The position numbers were made by a program, and so were the translations under genes. A DNA stretch of 12,038 bases from Octopus sinensis (taxonomy: Eukaryota), in the NCBI RefSeq assembly GCF_006345805.1, contig NW_021826758.1, positions 1 to 12,038 of the forward strand, given 5' to 3'. Every line of letters begins with the position of its first letter. Position 1 is the first letter of the stretch. The notes beneath the pieces were generated by a model that worked only from the letters and a program-made list of their open reading frames with translations, had not been told where the DNA came from and did not search any database. Below, piece by piece: positions 8,801 through 12,038 of the stretch.

Positions 8801-9292
8801 GAGCTACTTCTGTGAAATCAGATGTTAAATTTGAAGGAGGCAATTGATTAAAAACGTCCAGAATTGGCCAACCAAAAGGGTGTCATCTTACATCAGGACA
8901 ATGCTAGACTGCATGTTTCTTTGCAGACCCAGCAGAGATTGGTGCAACTTTAGTAAGATGTCCTACCCACCCACTGTACTCACCTGACCCTTGCACCTTC
9001 AGTTTATCATTTATTCTGATCCCTGCAAAATTCTCTTAATGGGACTAACTTTCATTCTTTAAAAGGGTGTAAAAACCACTTAGTCCAGTTCATGACCCAG
9101 AAAGACGTCAAGTTCTGGGAAGTTGGGATCATGAAGCTGCCCCAAAGATGACAAAAGGTATTGGAACAAAACGGGAAATATGTGGTTGAGTAAAGATATG
9201 TACAACTATTTAAATATTGCTAATGAAACTATTTAAATATTGCTAATGAATTTTTCTTAAAAAATGCTACAAACTTTTTTACCAGCCCAATA
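8801..9292 (+). mobile_element. Mariner (Tc1/mariner, DD34D) relic: 3' part of transposase, 3' UTR and terminal repeat
   Basis: Translation across lesions: LKEAID*KRPELANQKGVILHQDNARLHVSLQTQQRLVQL**DVL/HPLYSPD/LAPSVYHLF*SLQNSLNG…KLPQR*QKVLEQNGKYVVE* (stop at 9191-93). HQDNA and YSPDLAPS are diagnostic mariner motifs. Terminal repeat …CTTTTTTACCAGCCCAA followed by TA at 9291-92. Confidence 0.95.
9204..9249 (+). repeat. Perfect 23-bp tandem duplication in the mariner 3' UTR
   Basis: AACTATTTAAATATTGCTAATGA occurs at 9204-9226 and 9227-9249. Confidence 0.95.
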
Positions 9293-9500
9293 CATACATA
9301 TACCCCCCCACACACATATATATAAATACACACACACATAGATATAAATACACACACACGCACATATATAAACACACAAACACATATATATAAATACACA
9401 CACACACACACAAATGTATTTATATTTTTTCAATGTGTACGAATAACAAGGAAAAAAAACACATGTACACATCAAACACACCTAAAGATTTGGGTTTGAA

Positions 9501-9638
9501 TGTGGGGTGAAGAATCTTGTTTTACAACCATATACCATGTAGTTTCAAGTTCAGTCCCACTATGTAGCACTTTAGCACCTTGGTCAACCAATGCCATGTG
9601 ACGGAATTTGACAGGTGGAAACTGTGGAGAAGCCTATC
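9501..9638 (+). mobile_element. Family-1 SINE head fragment, diverged and internally deleted
   Basis: GTTCAGTCCCACTATGTAGCAC and GTCAACCAATGCCATGTGA…GGAAACTG…AGAAGCC align with 500-645. Confidence 0.7.
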
Positions 9639-9654
9639 AACACAATATCATTAT

Positions 9655-10060
9655 CGTCAAATTCATCATTTAACATCTGTTTTCCATGTCAAGATGAGTC
9701 AGAAAGTTTGATAGGATCCAGTGAGCCATGGGGCTATGCTAGACTCTAGTGTCAGCTTTGACATGGCTTCTATTGATGTTGCCATTCAGCTTGCAAGATT
9801 ACAAACCCAGTGTATGCAGGGGACAACTTTATGCTGGGAGAGTAAGGAATAATAAGAGATACGAGGGAAAGAGGCCTGAGCAAGTTTTTTTGCAGAGGAG
9901 CTAAGCTACATGGTTACTCACATTTTTAAAAAGTAGATCAAGTGATTGGTTGGCGGGTAGTGATCAGGTAGTGATTGGGTAAAGCTGGAAAATGATATAA
10001 GGGGTGATGAGGTGTCGGTGTGGACCTTCAAGGTTGAGGGTTTTCCTAATGCCAACCACT
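9655..10060 (-). mobile_element. (GAT)n-tailed retroelement end, copy 3, interrupted by module B (9773-10040)
   Basis: Module A runs to ATGGCTTCTA (9772), module B follows, and module A resumes as TTCCTAATGCCAACCACT (10043-10060), matching 1847-1858. Confidence 0.7.
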
Positions 10061-10170
10061 TTAACCCTTTAGCATTCAGATTACTATGTGAAATGTAATG
10101 CTTATTTATTCAAATTGGTTTGAATAAACCATGTATTATCTCATAGCTTCAAGATTTCAATGATGTGATT
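10061..10170. mobile_element. Truncated MITE-like element (TTAACCCTTTAGCATT terminus)
   Basis: Starts abruptly inside module A with TTAACCCTTTAGC, a terminus typical of TTAA-associated non-autonomous DNA elements. Cut off at the mariner junction. No second terminal repeat is visible in the window. Confidence 0.5.
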
Positions 10171-11170
10171 AAGAGAATTTTGCGGGGATCAGAATAAATG
10201 ATAATCTGAAGGTGCAAGGGTCAGGTGAATATAGTGGGTGGGGTAGGACATCCCACCAAAGTTGCACCAATTTCTGCTGGGTTTGCAAAGAAACATGCAG
10301 TCTAGCATTGTCCTTATGTAAGATGACACCCTTTTGATTGGCCAATTCTGGACGTTTTTAATCAATTGCCTCCTTCAATTGGTCTAATTAGGAACAATAA
10401 TAGTCCAAATTTAACATCTGATTTCACAGAAGTAGCTCATAATACGCAATGCCTTTCTAATCCCACCAGATTACTGAGCATTGCCTTCTTCAAATACAGA
10501 CCATCTTTTGGCGGTTCATCTTATTTTCCCCAGGACCTTTTTCATTTTATGCTGTTGTAAATAATCCATTCCTTGTCATACATAATCATTCTTTTCAAAA
10601 ATGAATAATTTTTGTTTCGCCTGAGCAGAGAATCACAGATGAAAGTGCACTTTACTAACTTTTTTTCTCATTAAGTTATGAGGCACTCAAACATCATAGC
10701 AATTTACGTAACCAAGTGCTTTTAAATGCTTTATAATGCTCACATGAGATATGTGGAGAATCTCCTTAATGTCTTGCATTATGTGACATGAATTATTTTT
10801 TTATTAAAGTTTGAATTTGTTTATTATCAACTACTTAGGCCTGCTGGAACCTTCACGATCTTCCAGGTCAACATTTTTGGTTCTAAACCTAACAAACCAC
10901 TTACAAACCGTACTTTCAGCTACGACACTATCTCCATAAACAGTATATAACTTCTTTACCTTGCCAGAAATAAAGTAACATTGAATGATGAAAATGTATT
11001 TCATTTTCCTTCATTTTCAGTTTTATTGCAAGAACAGTAGAAGTAAATAATCCACACAAAATTCAAATAGAAAAATGCATTGAGATCTCCTCTTTCAGAA
11101 AATATGTCATGTGTTCCTGTCACGTGATTAAACGTCACCAACTGACGACTGCTTTTCTTCCAACCCAATA
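10168..11170 (-). mobile_element. Mariner relic: 5' terminal repeat, 5' UTR and most of the transposase
   Basis: TA (11169-70) plus TTGGGTTGGAAGAAAAG terminus. ATG at 11014: MKENEIHFHHSMLLYFWQG/KKLYTVYGDSVVAESTVCKWFVRFRTKNVDLEDREGSSRP…LGYVNCYDV*VPHNL (WVPHEL motif)…MIMYDKEWIIY…WD*KGIAYYELL…HKDNAR…HPLYSPD/LAPSDYHLF*. Multiple stops and frameshifts; truncated at 10168. Confidence 0.95.
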
Positions 11171-11248
11171 TATATATATGTGTGTGTGTGTGTTTATATA
11201 TGTATGCATGTTTATATGTGTGCAGGTGTGTATATGTATATTTATATG

Positions 11249-11673
11249 TACTCTCTTTACTCTTTTACTTGTTTCAGTCATTTGACTGCAGCCATGCTGG
11301 AGCACCGCCTTTAGTCGAGCAAATCGACTCGGGACTTATTCTTTGTAAGCCTATTACTTATTCTATCGGTCTTTTTGCCGAACCGCTAAGTGACGGGGAC
11401 GTAAACACCCCGCATCGGTTTTCAAGCAATGCTAGAAGGAAAACACAGACACACAACACACACACACACAACCCACACATACACATATATATATATATAT
11501 ATACATCTATACAACAGCTTCTTTCAGTTTCCGTCTACCAAATCCACTCACAAGGCATTGGTCGCCCGGGGCTATAGTAGAAGACACTTGCCCAAGATGC
11601 CATGCAGTGGGACTGAACCCGGAACCATGTGGTTGGTTAGCAAGCTACTTACCACACAGCCACTCCTGCGCCT
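11249..11673 (-). mobile_element. tRNA-derived SINE, family 1, full length
   Basis: Intact head AGGCGCAGGAGTGGCTGTGTGG and B-box GGTTCAGTCCC on the minus strand. Internal (CA)/(TA) tract; tail …ACAAGTAAAAGAGTAAAGAGAGTA. Colinear with 7811-8220. Confidence 0.93.
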
Positions 11674-11746
11674 GAGTGTACATTTATGTGTATTTATGTA
11701 TATGTGTGTATCTATATTTTTATATATGTATATATGTGTGTGTGTA

Positions 11747-12038
11747 TACTCTTTTATTTGTTTCTGTCTTTTGACTGTGGTCATGCTGGAGCACTACCTT
11801 TAGTCAAACAAATTGACCCCAGGACTTATTCTTTGTAACCCTAGTACTTATTCTATTGGTCTCTTTTGCTGAACCGCAATGTTACAGTTACGTAAACACA
11901 CCAGCATCGGTTGTCAAGCAATGGTAGGGGGACAAACACCGACACACATTCATATATATACAATAGGCTTCTCTCAGTTTCCATCTACCAAATCCACTCA
12001 CAAGGCTTTGGTTGGCCCAAGTCTATAGTAAAAGATAC
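11747..12038 (-). mobile_element. tRNA-derived SINE, family 1, running off the window end
   Basis: Colinear with the 3' two-thirds of 11249-11673. Confidence 0.9.

Overview
Eukaryotic, AT-rich non-coding DNA (intronic or intergenic) made almost entirely of transposon relics and microsatellites. I found no intact gene and no supportable exon; every ORF in the track is a microsatellite artefact or a fragment of a decayed transposon frame. The SINE families resemble the tRNA-derived SINEs of octopus, so a coleoid cephalopod source is inferred but not verified. Contents: three tRNA-headed SINE families (about nine copies or fragments); a decayed RTE-clade LINE reverse transcriptase (2825-3598, minus); three copies of a (GAT)n-tailed retroelement 3' end; two possible CR1/L2-like 3' ends; a truncated MITE-like end; and a dead mariner transposon in two complementary, oppositely oriented pieces. 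Two observations stand out. First, three short (about 140-170 bp) microsatellite-embedded elements at 3.7-5.1 kb each carry a degenerate minimal type I hammerhead-ribozyme fold with covarying stems, suggesting Penelope-like or retrozyme-type elements. Second, the mariner looks like one element split by a 1.1-kb inversion with an inverted duplication of about 240 bp at the breakpoints. All alignments and translations were done by hand.
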